Shown: piece by piece, positions 48,801-61,261 of the stretch
Numbering within the stretch: position 1 is the stretch's first letter
Layout: every line of letters starts with the position of its first letter
Assembly: GCA_950097015.1 (NCBI GenBank)
Contig: CATNEN010000029.1
Span: 3,224,001-3,288,000 of the forward strand
DNA length: 64,000 nt
Origin: Macrostomum hystrix
Taxonomy: Eukaryota > Animalia > Platyhelminthes
Direction: 5' to 3'
The notes under the pieces: generated by a model
Told to the model about the DNA's origin: nothing
Database searches by the model: none
What the model saw: the letters and a program-made list of their open reading frames with translations, nothing else
Position numbers and translations under genes: made by a program

Positions 48801-50770
48801 ACTGATGGATTAGTAGGCATAGCACTGAACTACTGATGGATTAGTAGGCATAGCACTGAACTACTGATGGATTAGTAGGCATAGCACTGAACTACTGATG
48901 GATTAGTAGGCATAGCACTGAAGTACTAATGGATTAGTAGCCATAGCACTGAAGTACTGATGGATTAGTAGCCATAGCACTGAAGTACTGATGGATTAGT
49001 AGCCATAGCACTGAACTACTGATGGATTAGTAGTCATAGCACTGAAGTACGGATGGATTAGTAGCCATAGCACTGAACTAATGATGGATTAGTAGCCATA
49101 GCACTGAACTACTGAAGGATTAGTAGCCATAGCACTGAACTAATGATGGATTAGTAGCCATAGCACTGAACTAATGATGACTACTGATGGATTAGTAGCC
49201 ATAGCACTGAAGTACTGATGGATTAGTAGTCATAGCACTGAAGTACGGATGGATTAGTAGCCATAGCACTGAACTACTGAAGGATTAGTAGCCATAGCAC
49301 TGAACTAATGATGGATTAGTAGCCATAGCACTGAACTAATGATGACTACTGATGGATTAGTAGCCATAGCACTGAAGTACTGATGGATTAGTAGCCATAG
49401 CACTGAAGTACTGATGGATTAGTAGCCATAGCACTGAAGTACTAATGGATTAGTAGCCATAGCACTGAAGTACTGATGGATTAGTAGCCATAGCACTGAA
49501 GTACTGATGGATTAGTAGCCATAGCACTGAACTACTGATGGATTAGTAGTCATAGCACTGAAGTACGGATGGATTAGTAGCCATAGCACTGAACTACTGA
49601 TGGATTAGTAGCCATAGCACTGAAGTACTAATGGATTAGTAGCCATAGCACTGAAGTACTGATGGATTAGTAGCCATAGCACTGAAGTACTGATGGATTA
49701 GTAGCCATAGCACTGAACTACTGATGGATTAGTAGTCATAGCACTGAAGTACGGATGGATTAGTAGCCATAGCTCTGAACTACTGATGGATTAGTAGCCA
49801 TAGCACTGAACTACTGATGGATTAGTAGCCATAGCACTGAACTACTGATGGATTAGTAGGCATAGCACTGAACTACTGAAGAATTAGTAGCCATAGCACT
49901 GAACTACTGATGGATTAGTAGGCATAGCACTGAACTACTGATGGATTAGTAGGCATAGCACTGAACTACTGATGGATTAGTAGGCATAGCACTGAACTAC
50001 TGATGGATTAGTAGCCATAGCACTGAAGTACTAATGGATTAGTAGCCATTGCACTGAAGTACTGATGGATTAGTAGCCATCGCACTGAAGTACTGATGGA
50101 TTAGTAGCCATAGCACTGAAGTACGGATGGATTAGTAGCCATAGCACTGAACTACTGATGGATTAGTAGCCATAGCACTGAACTACTGAAGGATTAGTAG
50201 CCATAGCACTGAACTACTGAAGGATTAGTAGCCATAGCACTGAACTAATGATGGATTAGTAGCCATAGCACTGAACTAATGATGACTACTGATGGATTAG
50301 TAGGCATAGCACTGAAGTACTGATGGATTAGTAGTCATAGCACTGAAGTACGGATGGATTAGTAGCCATAGCACTGAACTACTGAAGGATTAGTAGCCAT
50401 AGCACTGAACTAATGATGGATTAGTAGCCATAGCACTGAACTAATGATGACTACTGATGGATTAGTAGCCATAGCACTGAAGTACTGATGGATTAGTAGC
50501 CATAGCACTGAAGTACTGATGGATTAGTAGCCATAGCACTGAAGTACTGATGGATTAGTAGCCATAGCACTGAACTACTGATGGATTAGTAGCCATCGCA
50601 CTGAACTACTGATGGATTAGTAGCCATAGCACTGAAGTACTGATGGATTAGTAGCCATAGCACTGAAGTACTGTTCGATTAGTAGCCATAGCACTGAAGT
50701 ACTGATGGATTAGTAGCCATAGCACTGAAGTACTGATGGATTAGTAGCCATAGCACTGAAGTACTGAAGG
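42810..50770. repeat. ~8-kb satellite, 31-bp unit (ctactgatggattagtagccatagcactgaa), ~255 copies, inside a C2CD3 intron
   Basis: Directly visible; stops in all frames; recurrent variant positions and 41-bp variant units. Confidence 0.97.
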
Positions 50771-50909
50771 GATTGACAACCCATACTCAATCATAATTAG
50801 AAGGACCTATTGATTAACTGTTAGTAACTATGTTGACGTTGATATTTCAGCTCATTTGTCGATTGCTGCCTTAATCATCAATTCGTTTATTGATATTTTT
50901 TACCTCAAG

Positions 50910-51427
50910 GTGTGGCACAGTTACGGCGACGCAGTCGAAAATGATCGCCTAATTGGCACAGCCACCGTCGACCTGTCGCCCCTGCTGTTCGGCTTCAAGC
51001 AATTGCTGGGCTGGTACGACGTCCTGGATTACAGGGAGCGCTGCCGCGGTCAGGTGTACATCGGCGTTACACCTCTAGAGCCGCTGACTGGTTTAGCCAA
51101 GTCGACTAAATTGACTGCCACCTCTTCGTTGACGTCAACGGCTACGTCGACGTCTGCGATTGGAGACGATCATAATCGTCGGCGACTAGCTACTACGACG
51201 GCAGTACTGCCAACAACGCTGGGTGCTGACGTCGGCGGCGACAATGACGGAGCTACTTCGCGTTCAATGCTGCACCGCAGTCTGCAGCATCGCATGGCCG
51301 AGCTGGACAATCTCACTAGCCGGCTGCGTCGCCGACTGTTGAATGCAGGCGACGCTGACGAACCTGAAGCTGCGTCGGTTGCGCTGGCGGGCAGTAACAA
51401 TTCGGCATTGCTCAAGTCTCAATCACC

Positions 51428-51460
<33 letters not shown>

Positions 51461-51524
51461 GCCGCCGCCACCGCAGCCTCAGACTGCGGGCAACCCCTAC
51501 GGATTAGACTTTGACATTCGCAGT
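50910..51524 (+). CDS. C2CD3: C2CD3 exon (last C2 domain, polyPro)
   Basis: VWHS...LIGTATVDLSPLLFGFKQLLGWYDVLDYRERCRGQVYIGVTPLE; donor AGT|GTAAGT. Confidence 0.88.
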
Positions 51525-51534
51525 GTAAGTAGCT

Positions 51535-52035
51535 AGCCCATCCTCAGTCCATAGCTTGCTCAGTCCATAGCTAGATAATCCTCAGTCCATAGCTAGCCCA
51601 TCCTCAGTCCATAGCTAGCTAATCCTCAGTCCATAGCTTGCCTATCCTCAGTCCATAGCTAGATAATCCTCAGTCCATAGCTAGCCCATCCTCAGTCCAT
51701 AGCTAGCTAATCCTCAGTCCATAGCTTGCCTATCCTCAGTCCATAGCTAGCCCATCCTCAGTCCATAGCTGGCCCATCCTCAGTCCATAGCTAGCCCATC
51801 CTCAGTCCATAGCTAGCCCATCCTCAGTCCATAGCTAGCTAATCCTCAGTCCATAGCTTGCCTATCCTCAGTCCATAGCTAGCCCATCCTCAGTCCATAG
51901 CTTGCCTATCCTCAGTCCATAGCTAGCCCATCCTCAGTCCATAGCTAGCCCATCCTCAGTCCATAGCTAGCTAATCCTCAGTCCATAGCTTGCCCATCCT
52001 CAGTCCATAGCTAGCTAATCCTCAGTCAACAGCTA
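51535..52035. repeat. 21-bp intronic minisatellite (ccatcctcagtccatagctag)
   Basis: ~24 copies filling nearly the whole intron. Confidence 0.9.
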
Positions 52036-52061
52036 ATATATTTCTTGTTTTGTTTTCCCAG

Positions 52062-52940
52062 GTGCTAGATCAAGCTAAAAGATTGCTTGAGTCGCAAGAC
52101 GGTGACCAGCAAGCTGAACTTACCAGCCGGTTTGTCAGCCAACCAGTTGCTGCTGCTGCTGCTGCTGCTGCTGCTACCGAAGCTGCAGCTACACTAGGCA
52201 AGACTGAAAATAGTCGGGATGGCCTGTCTCAACAGTCCTATGAATATGATTTCGAATACGATCACGAGGAGGAATACGACGATCCGGAAAATTCTCGCCT
52301 ACACCTTGTGGCAGTGAAGCCGCTGAATGACATCTCCGGCATGCTGCTAGATATTCCCAGCGTTGGCAGAAGTCCCACCTCCTACGCTTCCCGCTCCGCC
52401 GCCGCCCCCGCCGCTAATGGCGCCAACAATGACGATGATAATGACAACGATGACGAAGGCACACGGACGCCGGTCAATTCAAAGACAGATGACAACATCG
52501 ACGACGAGGCGGACGACGATGACGAAGTCAGCGAGATGATTGAAGAGGATGCTGCAGCCGCTGAGAACGACTACGAGCAGGAAACTGACTCCATTGTGCG
52601 CGCTAATCAAAGGCCGTCGGGCAGCGATGCGGTCCGCGATGACACGGACGAGGACGAGAATCAACAAGTCGACGACGACTACTACGGCGCAGAGGAAGTC
52701 GATCAAGACGGCGAGCCATCGCCGCCGCCGTTGGCGAGCGTTCCGCAGTCGGCTCGCAGTGAGAATCTGGCAGCCAGGCGCGCCCTTGACATCCGGCTGG
52801 GCCAGCAGACGGTCGAGCTGGCAGCTGGTGAGCCGCCTCTGTCGAACAGCGCCGACTGCCTGCTGCCGAGCTTCTTCGGACCGCCCAGCGACCTGCTGGC
52901 CAGACTGCGGCACGCCAGGATGACCGCTGAGAATTCCGGG
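52062..52940 (+). CDS. C2CD3: C2CD3 exon (acidic low-complexity region)
   Basis: Acceptor ttttcccAG|, open frame, LPSFFGP motif, donor GGG|GTATGT. Confidence 0.75.
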
Positions 52941-53314
52941 GTATGTGGACCGCGTTTTTCCAGCATCCTAGCTTTTTTATCTCCGTACTTCTAAGTCCCA
53001 TTCTTTTGGCTCGTCCCAAATCCCATCCCAAGATTTCTCGCACACTTTGGAATTCTTACGAAATGCCATACCAGTTTAGAGACATTCCCAAATCCCATTC
53101 TACGAACTTACTTTTTAAATTCTCCTAAGATCCCATACCACTTTAGATTTATTCACAGACCTCGTCCCACTTTTAAAGTCTCCCATAATCCAATCCTACT
53201 TAACAATTCTCCCATGATCCCATATCACCTTAGATTGCTTTCCAGATCCCATTCTACTGAAGATCCTCTGTAAATTCCATATCCCACTTTAGATTCCTCT
53301 CCAGTCTTAAATCC

Positions 53315-53610
53315 TAGATCCCAATCATCCTAGATCCCAATCAGCCTAGATCCCAATCATCCTAGATCCCAATCATCCTAGATCCCAATCATCCTAGATC
53401 CCATCATCCTAGATCCCAATCATCCTAGATCCCATCATCCTAGATCCCAATCATCCTAGATCCCAATCATCCTAGATCCCAATCATCCTAGATCCCATCA
53501 TCCTAGATCCCAATCATCCTAGATCCCATCATCCTAGATCCCAATCATCCTAGATCCCAATCATCCTAGATCCCAATCATCCTAGATCCCATCATCCTAG
53601 ATCCCAATCG
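53315..53610. repeat. 16-17 bp intronic minisatellite (cccaatcatcctagat)
   Basis: ~17 copies ending next to the acceptor. Confidence 0.9.
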
Positions 53611-53624
53611 TTCTTAACCCGCAG

Positions 53625-53828
53625 CACGAGGCCTCCCCAGCCTTTTCCACCGCGGCCGCCCCCGTTGACGCTGCCAAAGTGGCCGAAGCTCGTCAGCTTG
53701 TTGAGCGCGCCGAACAGCGCCGACGTCAACGCCAACCGCTGCTTGCGGCGCCAACCGCAGACAATGCAGAACGAGCCGCTTCGACTAGTCGTCTGGCCCG
53801 GGTGTTCAACTCCAAGTTTGCGCACTGA
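53625..53828 (+). CDS. C2CD3: C2CD3 terminal exon
   Basis: Acceptor cccgcAG|, phase 0; ends TSRLARVFNSKFAH*, similar to the vertebrate C-terminus xRIARIFS (from recall). Not in the ORF track. Confidence 0.78.
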   Translation, partial: HEASPAFSTAAAPVDAAKVAEARQLVERAEQRRRQRQPLLAAPTADNAERAASTSRLARVFNSKFAH

Positions 53829-54539
53829 TTAACCCTGAAGGCCTGCGATTATAACAAATCAATCACTGCGATCTCGGGGCTGACAAAATGTTTATGGACT
53901 TTAGGATGCTAGAAATCTTTCTTGTTTTATGTTTAATTACAAAGATTTTCGACTGGCTATCGGATCTGTTGCTCTACTGTCCTGGTGACAAACTAATTTT
54001 TATATATTTAAACTGTGCTCAACTAATTCTAGGAAGTAGCAACAGCGCAGACATTGCAGAATGCGTATTTTTCGAATTTAGTATTTCGAGTTAATTTCAA
54101 TCTTCCAAAACATTCATGTCTTTTTCTCGTATTTCTACTTGTAGTAGTAGTGTGTACAGCTAGCTTAGCTCGCATAAGGTCTTATCTTTGCTATAATTTA
54201 TTGCTAAGCAGGTCTGCATTCATTCTAAACAATGTGCTCGATAAATTTGACAGATTGACACAGTGCCATTTGACATATCTGCACTTGGTATTGTAAAATT
54301 CACATCACATACATACACACGGCTGGAACCGAATCTACCTGTAGGATTATTGTTACCTATGCCCAATCACATGCTGCTTGTTATATTCATATCAGAGTTG
54401 ATCTTTTCTCTGTTCTATGTTTTATTATCTGATTTTAAGTAACCAATGCCTGTTTAAAACATTTGTGCAGCACTATGCTGTCGTCTATATACACCATTTT
54501 ATTTTTTATAACTCACCTCTATGACCGAAATCCTACTCC

Positions 54540-54805
54540 ACGATGACCCAAAATCTGTGACCTGACTCCCCCATGACCCAAATCTGTGACCCAACTCCCC
54601 CATGACCCAGTTCTGTGACCCGACTCCCCCCATGACCCAAATCTGTGACCCGACTCCCCCCATGACCCAAATCTGTGACCCGACTCCCCCATGACCCAAA
54701 TCTGTGACCTGACTCCCCCATGACCCAAATCTGTGACCCCACTCCAAGATGGCCCAGATATTTGACCGGAATTTCCTCATGACCTAAATCTGTGAACTGA
54801 CTCCC
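54540..54805. repeat. ~30-bp minisatellite (ccccatgacccaaatctgtgacccgactc)
   Basis: ~8 copies. Confidence 0.85.
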
Positions 54806-55329
54806 CTCATAACCATAGCCATATCCCAATTTTAAGTATTTGATTGTTTCCAAGCGTACAAATTGTGTAAATCTAAGAGAGAATTTAACTTATCCGTTGC
54901 TAAAACTGATACCAAAGCCGTCCTGTATACGTACAACGTGTTTGTCTGCTATATTTTTCGTTAGCAAATTTGTCCAACAATTTATTGGTATACAATGGTG
55001 TTTTTTCATTTAAGGGTTAAACATTTTTTGTAAAATGTAAAATTTGTAAAATTACGAGTAGGTAGTTCAACTTGACATTCCTTCTACGTAATCTTAGCTA
55101 TATTATAAATATATTTTTCTAAATTCAGTTCTCATTTCCATAAAGCATCTAACATTCTCGATTGCGAGCACTGGTCCATCCAGTTTTTTGTTGTTTATTT
55201 TATGCTTTTTTAAGCGTATTTGTTATAATTCATTTTTAAATAAAATATAGATTGCAGCGAATCTAAACTGTTTCGCCTTTGAAAACCACTCTTAGATTTT
55301 TGCCCCTATTTTGCTATTTAGAACTACTT

Positions 55330-56578
55330 TTGCTTATCTCTCCCTTCTCATCCTTACCTCTCCCTTCTCATCCCTATCTCTCCCTTCTCGTCCTCAACTC
55401 CCTTCTCATCCTCATCTCCCTTCTCATCCTCATCTCTCCCTTCTCATTCTCAATTCCCTTCTCATCCTCATCTCCCTTCTCATCCTTACCTCTCCCTTCT
55501 CATCCCTATCTCTCCCTTCTCGTCCTCAACTCCCTTCTCATCCTCATCTCCCTTCTCATCCTCATCTCTCCCTTCTCATTCTCAATTCCCTTCTCATCCT
55601 CATCTCCCTTCTCATCCTTACCTCTCCCTTCTCATCCCTATCTCTCCCTTCTCATCCTTACCTCTCCCTTCTCATCCCTATCTCTCCCTTCTCATCCTTA
55701 CCTCTCCCTTCTCATCCCTATCTCTCCCTTCTCGTCCTCAACTCCCTTCTCATCCTCATCTCCCTTCTCATCCTCATCTCTCCCTTCTCATTCTCAATTC
55801 CCTTCTCATCCTCATCTCCCTTCTCATCCTTACCTCTCCCTTCTCATCCCTATCTCTCCCTTCTCATCCTTACCTCTCCCTTCTCATCCCTATCTCTCCC
55901 TTCTCGTCCTCAACTCCCTTCTCATCCTCATCTCCCTTCTCATCCTCATCTCTCCCTTCTCATTCTCAATTCCCTTCTCATCCTCATCTCCCTTCTCATC
56001 CTTATCTCCCTTCTCATCCTCAACTCCCTTCTCATCCTCATCTCCCTTCTCATCCTTATCTCCCTTCTCATCCTCATCTTTCCCATCTCATTTTTATCTC
56101 TCCCTCCTCATCCTCATCTCCCTTCTCATCCTCATCTCCCATCTCATCCTCAACTCCCATCTCATCCTCATCTCTCCCTTCTCATCCTCATCTCTCCATT
56201 CTCATCCTCAACTCTCTTCTCATCCTCATCTTTCCCATCTCATCCTCATCTCCCATCTCATCCTCAACTCTCTTCTCATCCTCATCTTTCCCATCTCATC
56301 CTCATCTCCCATCTCATCCTCATCTTTCCCATCTCATCCTCATCTCCCATCTCATCCTCAACTCTCTTCTCATCCTCATCTTTCCCATCTCATTTTTATC
56401 TCTCCCTTCTCATCCTTATCTCTCCCTTCTTCATCCTTATCTCTCCCTTCTCATCCTCACCTCTCACTTATCATCCTTAGCTCCCATCTCATCCTCATCT
56501 CTCCCTTGTCATCATTAACTCCCTTCTTATCCTCATCTCCCTTCTCATCCTCATCTCTCCCTTCTCATCCACATATCC
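55330..56578. repeat. Pyrimidine-strand satellite, 18-21 bp units (ctcccttctcatcctcatct)
   Basis: Reverse complement of the array at 57214-58962; ORFs 55279 and 55311 are artefacts of it. Confidence 0.92.
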
Positions 56579-56634
56579 CGTATTAGAACTACGGCTTAGA
56601 ACTTCACGCTAATCTCGCTTCAGCCTAGTGGAAT

Positions 56635-57117
56635 ATGTCCATAACAGCCAGCGACATCCGGCAGTACAGCTTCACCCGCCTGGGCGACATCAAAGGCGAA
56701 GCCGCCGGCCTAAACGTCATCGCCGTCATAGTTGACATTGTTCGTCAGCAGCGCTCGTCGCGCGGCTCGCATCGTGATCCTCTAACCCTAGTGGCGTTGG
56801 CCGACGAGACCAGGGACAGGGTCCTGGCGACAGTGTTCTGGTCCAAGCCGGACCAGATTCCGTCATTTCAGACTGGCTTCATTTTCATTGGTCATCGACT
56901 GAAATGCGAGCCGTTCAATGGAGAGATTCGCCTAGCTGTGCTGCCCAGGATTGGAGGCGCAATCTACCTGCTTCCCCCAGTAGCTGATGACCTCGGTGCT
57001 GGCCGGCCTGTTGAGTGCGATGACGGAGAATCGGAGCTAGCCAGATCGATCGTAGCCGACCGGAGACGTCTGCGACAAAGCGCGAGTGTCACAGACGCCG
57101 ATTTGGCTAGGGCAAGG
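56635..57117 (+). CDS. POT1: Protection of telomeres 1, OB1 exon
   Basis: YSFTRLGDIK...NVIAVIVD...LADET...VFWSKPDQIP...HRLK matches POT1 OB1; donor AGG|GTGCGT joins ELRVWF in phase 0. Confidence 0.85.
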
Positions 57118-57213
57118 GTGCGTAAGCCATCATTTACCTCGGCAGAAATCTCTGCCTACTTTTGTCAATGCCGCTTACGAAATATTACTTTGACTATATT
57201 ACTAACTTTCAAA

Positions 57214-58962
57214 TGAGAGATGAAGATGAGAAGGGAGAGATGAGGATGAGATTGGAGAGATGAGGATGAGAAGAGAGATTAGGATGAGATGGGAGAGATG
57301 AGGATGAGAAGAGAGAGATTAGGCTGAGTAGGGAGAGATGAGGATGAGATGGTAGATGAGGATGAGAAGAGAGAGATTAGGATGAGAAGGTAGATGAGGA
57401 TGAGAAGGGAGAGATGAGGATGAGATGGGAGAGATGAGGATGAGATGGGAGAAGTGAGGATGAGAATGGATAAATGAGGATGAGAAGGGAGAGATGAGGA
57501 TGAGAAGGGAGAGATGAGGATGAGAAGGGAGAGATGAGGATGAGAAGGGAGAGATGAGGATGAGAAGGGAGAGATGAGGATGAGAAGGGAGAGATGAGGA
57601 TGAGAAGAGAGAGATTAGGATGAGATGGGAGAGATGAGGATGAGAAGAGAGAGATTAGGTTGAGTAGGGAGAGATGAGGATGAGATGGTAGATGAGGATA
57701 AGAAGAGAGAGATTAGGATGAGAAGGTAGATGAGGATGAGAAGGGAGAGATGAGGATGAGATGGGAGAAGTGAGGATGAGAATGGATAAATGAGGATGAG
57801 AAGGGAGAGATGAGGATGAGAAGGGAGAGATGAGGATGAGAAGGGAGAGATGAGGATGAGATGGGAGAAGTGAGGATGAGAATGGATAAATGAGGATGAG
57901 AAGGGAGAGATGAGGATGAGAAGGGAGAGATGAGGATGAGAAGGGAGAGATGAGGATGAGAAGGGAGAGATGAGGATGAGAAGGGAGAGATGAGGATGAG
58001 ATGGGAGAAGTGAGGATGAGAATGGATAAATGAGGATGAGACGGGAGAGATAAGGATGAGAAGGGAGAGATGAGGATGAGAAGGGAGAGATGAGGATGAG
58101 AAGGGAGAGATGAGGATGAGAAGGGAGAGATGAGGATGAGATTGGAGAGATGAGGATGAGAAGAGAGAGATTAGGATGAGATGGGAGAGATGAGGATGAG
58201 AAGAGAGAGATTAGGTTGAGTAGGGAGAGATGAGGATGAGATGGTAGATGAGGATAAGAAGAGAGAGATTAGGATGAGAAGGGAGAGATGAGGATGAGAA
58301 GGGAGAGATGAGGATGAGATGGGAGAAGTGAGGATGAGAATGGATAAATGAGGATGAGAAGGGAGAGATGAGGATGAGAAGGGAGAGATGAGGATGAGAA
58401 GGGAGAGATGAGGATGAGAAGGGAGAGATGAGGATGAGAAGGGAGAGATGAGGATGAGATGGGAGAAGTGAGGATGAGAATGGATAAATGAGGATGAGAC
58501 GGGAGAGATGAGGATGAGAAGGGAGAGATGAGGATGAGAAGGGAGAGATGAGGATGAGAAGGGAGAGATGAGGATGAGAAGGGAGAGATGAGGATGAGAA
58601 GGGAGAGATGAGGATGAGAAGGGAGAGATAAGGATGAGATGGGAGAAGTGAGGATGAGAATGGATAAATGAGGATGAGAAGGGAGAGATGAGGATGAGAA
58701 GGGAGAGATGAGGATGAGAAGGGAGAGATGAGGATGAGAAGGGAGAGATGAGGATGAGAAGGGAGAGATGAGGATGAGATGGGAGAAGTGAGGATGAGAA
58801 TGGATAAATGAGGATGAGAAGGGAGAGATGAGGATGAGAAGGGAGAGATGAGGATGAGAAGGGAGAGATGAGGATGAGAAGGGAGAGATGAGGATGAGAA
58901 GGGAGAGATGAGGATGAGAAGGGAGAGATGAGGATGAGAAGGGAGAGATGGGGATGAGAAAA
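57214..58962. repeat. Purine-strand satellite, 20-bp unit (gagaagggagagatgaggat), POT1 intron 1
   Basis: ~85 copies with recurring variant blocks (gagaatggataaat, gggagaagtgagg). Confidence 0.95.
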
Positions 58963-59194
58963 GTTATGCCAATATTTGTTTATGCCACCAGACACCCTGA
59001 CTAGAACCGTTGAATATCTCTACGAGGCAGATGTTTAGTCATTTAAAACAGTTTCATCGTATAGAGCCGAAAATTATAGCAAGTGTTCTGCAATCTCATG
59101 GCGATCAGTTAAATATTTTGTGAGGTACTGAAAACGGTAAAAATGTTGGTATTTACATCCGAATGCAATCTACCTAATGCTGACAGGCGAGACG

Positions 59195-59340
59195 GTACAT
59201 TTGCGTGCGTACAGTATCTGTGCGCGTGTGTGCTCAGGAGTCAGCAGAATAGGCAGAATTGCCTCCTCGCTTACTGCGGGTCTAGTGTCACCAAATGATG
59301 TACCATTGCCCGCAGCCCTCCTGCAAATATGCTTATTATT
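59195..59340 (+). mobile_element. SINE family A, 3' fragment (a more degraded second fragment lies at ~59445-59540)
   Basis: gtgtgctcaggagtcagc...ggcagaattgcctcctcgc...caccaaatgatg...cccgcagccctcctgcaa. Confidence 0.75.
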
Positions 59341-59562
59341 AACAGAAACAATTACAAGGTACACTTTAGAGATGACCGAGTGAAGACAGCTAGTGTCCTG
59401 AGGTCAAAGTTAAAGTACATGGAATTTACATGACTATCATATCTATGTGTGCTCAGGGGTCAGCAGAATGAGCACGCAAATTCGCCTACTCAGCTGGCTG
59501 AGGAATTACTTTTGGCATCACCACCCGCAGCCCTATAGTTATTCTTTTTTTAAAATCCGCAG

Positions 59563-60338
59563 GAGCTTCGCGTCTGGTTTCAAACATCATTCAGACCGTC
59601 TTCTTCTGCTGCAACATCTGCTCAAACATCTGCTTCTGCTGCTCCTGCTGCTGCTCCTGCTAGCAATAGCGCCTGTCAGCGACTGTCTCTGTCTGATCTG
59701 TCCAAGCTGCAGTTTCAACGAGTTGGCAGCCGACGCTTCTTCGATCTGATGGCCCAGCTAGTCGCTGTGGGACCGATCGATGCCAAGTGCGCCCTGGCCA
59801 GGGTCTGGGATGGCACCGAACTGTCGGCCGTGACATTCAGCCCAAGCCAGGAGGCGGCTGCCAATCTGCAAATCAAAGAATGGTCGGAGCTGTCATCCGC
59901 ACAGCTGGCCGATCGCTATACTGTTGATATCTTTGTGTACGACGAGCATCGCGAGGCCCTACTATCTGGCAAGTTTCAGCTGGGCGATCTGATCGAATTC
60001 GGCAATCTGTCAGTCAAGTTATTCAACGTGCCGGATGGCGTCGGTGTCGGCAATGGCCGGCGAGAACAACTGCTGTTGTCAATGAACGGCGGCGGTCAGG
60101 CCTATAATAGGCGACTGTGTAGATTAGATCCGAAATATTGCAATCTGGCTGCTAAGCTCAGTGAGAAAATCGACTTTGTTAGGCGGTACAGGCTGCAACA
60201 GCCGGCAATACGGGTTACGACTGAGCCTGAAGCTGAGGCTTTGGCCACTACGACTATGGCAACTACGACGGAGCTGATGACCGTGGCAGACGAACGACTG
60301 GCCGATGTTGAACGGGTTAGCCTGGCCAATTTAATTAG
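59563..60338 (+). CDS. POT1: POT1 OB2 (POT1PC) exon
   Basis: FFDLMAQLV...ARVWDGT...TVDIFVYDEH...LSMNGGGQAYNRRLCRL parallels YFDLTCQL...KVWDGT...IDILVYDNH...LHGGTSYGRGIRVL. Confidence 0.9.
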
Positions 60339-60519
60339 GTCTGTCAAATTATATTTATACCCTCCTACTCGTTTGATTACTCATAGTAGCTAGGAAGGAT
60401 CGTAGGAAATAACTTTATACTTTGCTCGTGCAGATTAACTAATAGTAGACTATACCTAGCAATATTATGCAACTTTAATTGAGACCTCATTTTCATTAGT
60501 CTCACTAGAGAGAGACAGA

Positions 60520-61180
60520 CATGGGAGAGATAAGATAGTAAAAAGATAAGAGAGACATAATGTGTTCAGAGGGGATAGGACTATTGAGATATGAGATAGG
60601 GGAGAGAGGAGACAATGGGGGTGTGACACTAAGGATTTTAGACGCGGGAGAGATTAGACAGGGGAGGGATGAGACACTGGACAGAGATGAGACTCGGTAG
60701 AGATGAGACAGGGGAGGGATAGGATGGGAGAGATGAGACAGTAGAGAGATAAGACACTAGAGAGATGAGACACTAGAGAGATGAGACACTAGAGAGATGA
60801 GACACTAGAGAGATGAGACACTAGAGAGATGTGACAGGGGAGGGATGTGACAGGGGAGGGATGTGACAGTGGAGGGATGTGACAGGGGAGGGATGTGACA
60901 GGGGAGGGATGTGACAGGGGAGGGATGTGACGGGAGGGATGTGACAGGGGAGGGATGTGACAGGGGAGGGATGTAACAGGGGAGGGATGTGACAGTGCAG
61001 GGATGTGACAGGGGAGGGATGTGACAGTGGAGGTATGTGACACAGGAGAGATGAGACACTAGAGAGATGAGTCAGTGGAGGGATGTAACAGGGGAGGGAT
61101 GTGACAGGGGAGGGATGTAACAGGGGAGGGATGTGACAGTGGAGGGATGTGACACAGGAGAGATGAGACACGGGAGAGAC
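60520..61180. repeat. G-rich 16-17 bp minisatellite (gagagatgagacacta / caggggagggatgtga), POT1 intron 2
   Basis: Directly visible; related to the internal array of the hAT MITE at 23680. Confidence 0.88.
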
Positions 61181-61261
61181 GCTGGAGAGTTAGAAAGGCT
61201 TTATTGAAGTTGTTCAGGTTTCTCACGCGCCGCTTCGGAACCTTCTGTCAATATTATTCAG

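Noticed and set aside
42810-50770. CRISPR-like array (31-bp repeat)
   Set aside because: Units are contiguous with no unique spacers, there are no cas genes, and the context is a spliceosomal intron.
55279-58995. Long ORFs of 435, 389 and 274 aa
   Set aside because: Periodic translations of the CT/GA satellite; no coding signal.
59472-59486. cacgcaaattcg matches part of U6 snRNA
   Set aside because: Only 12 nt, inside a degraded SINE-A fragment, with no other U6 sequence.
57214-61180. Telomeric repeats or POT1 binding sites within POT1
   Set aside because: No TTAGGG tandem or TTAGGGTTAG site; the arrays are GA-rich, not telomeric.
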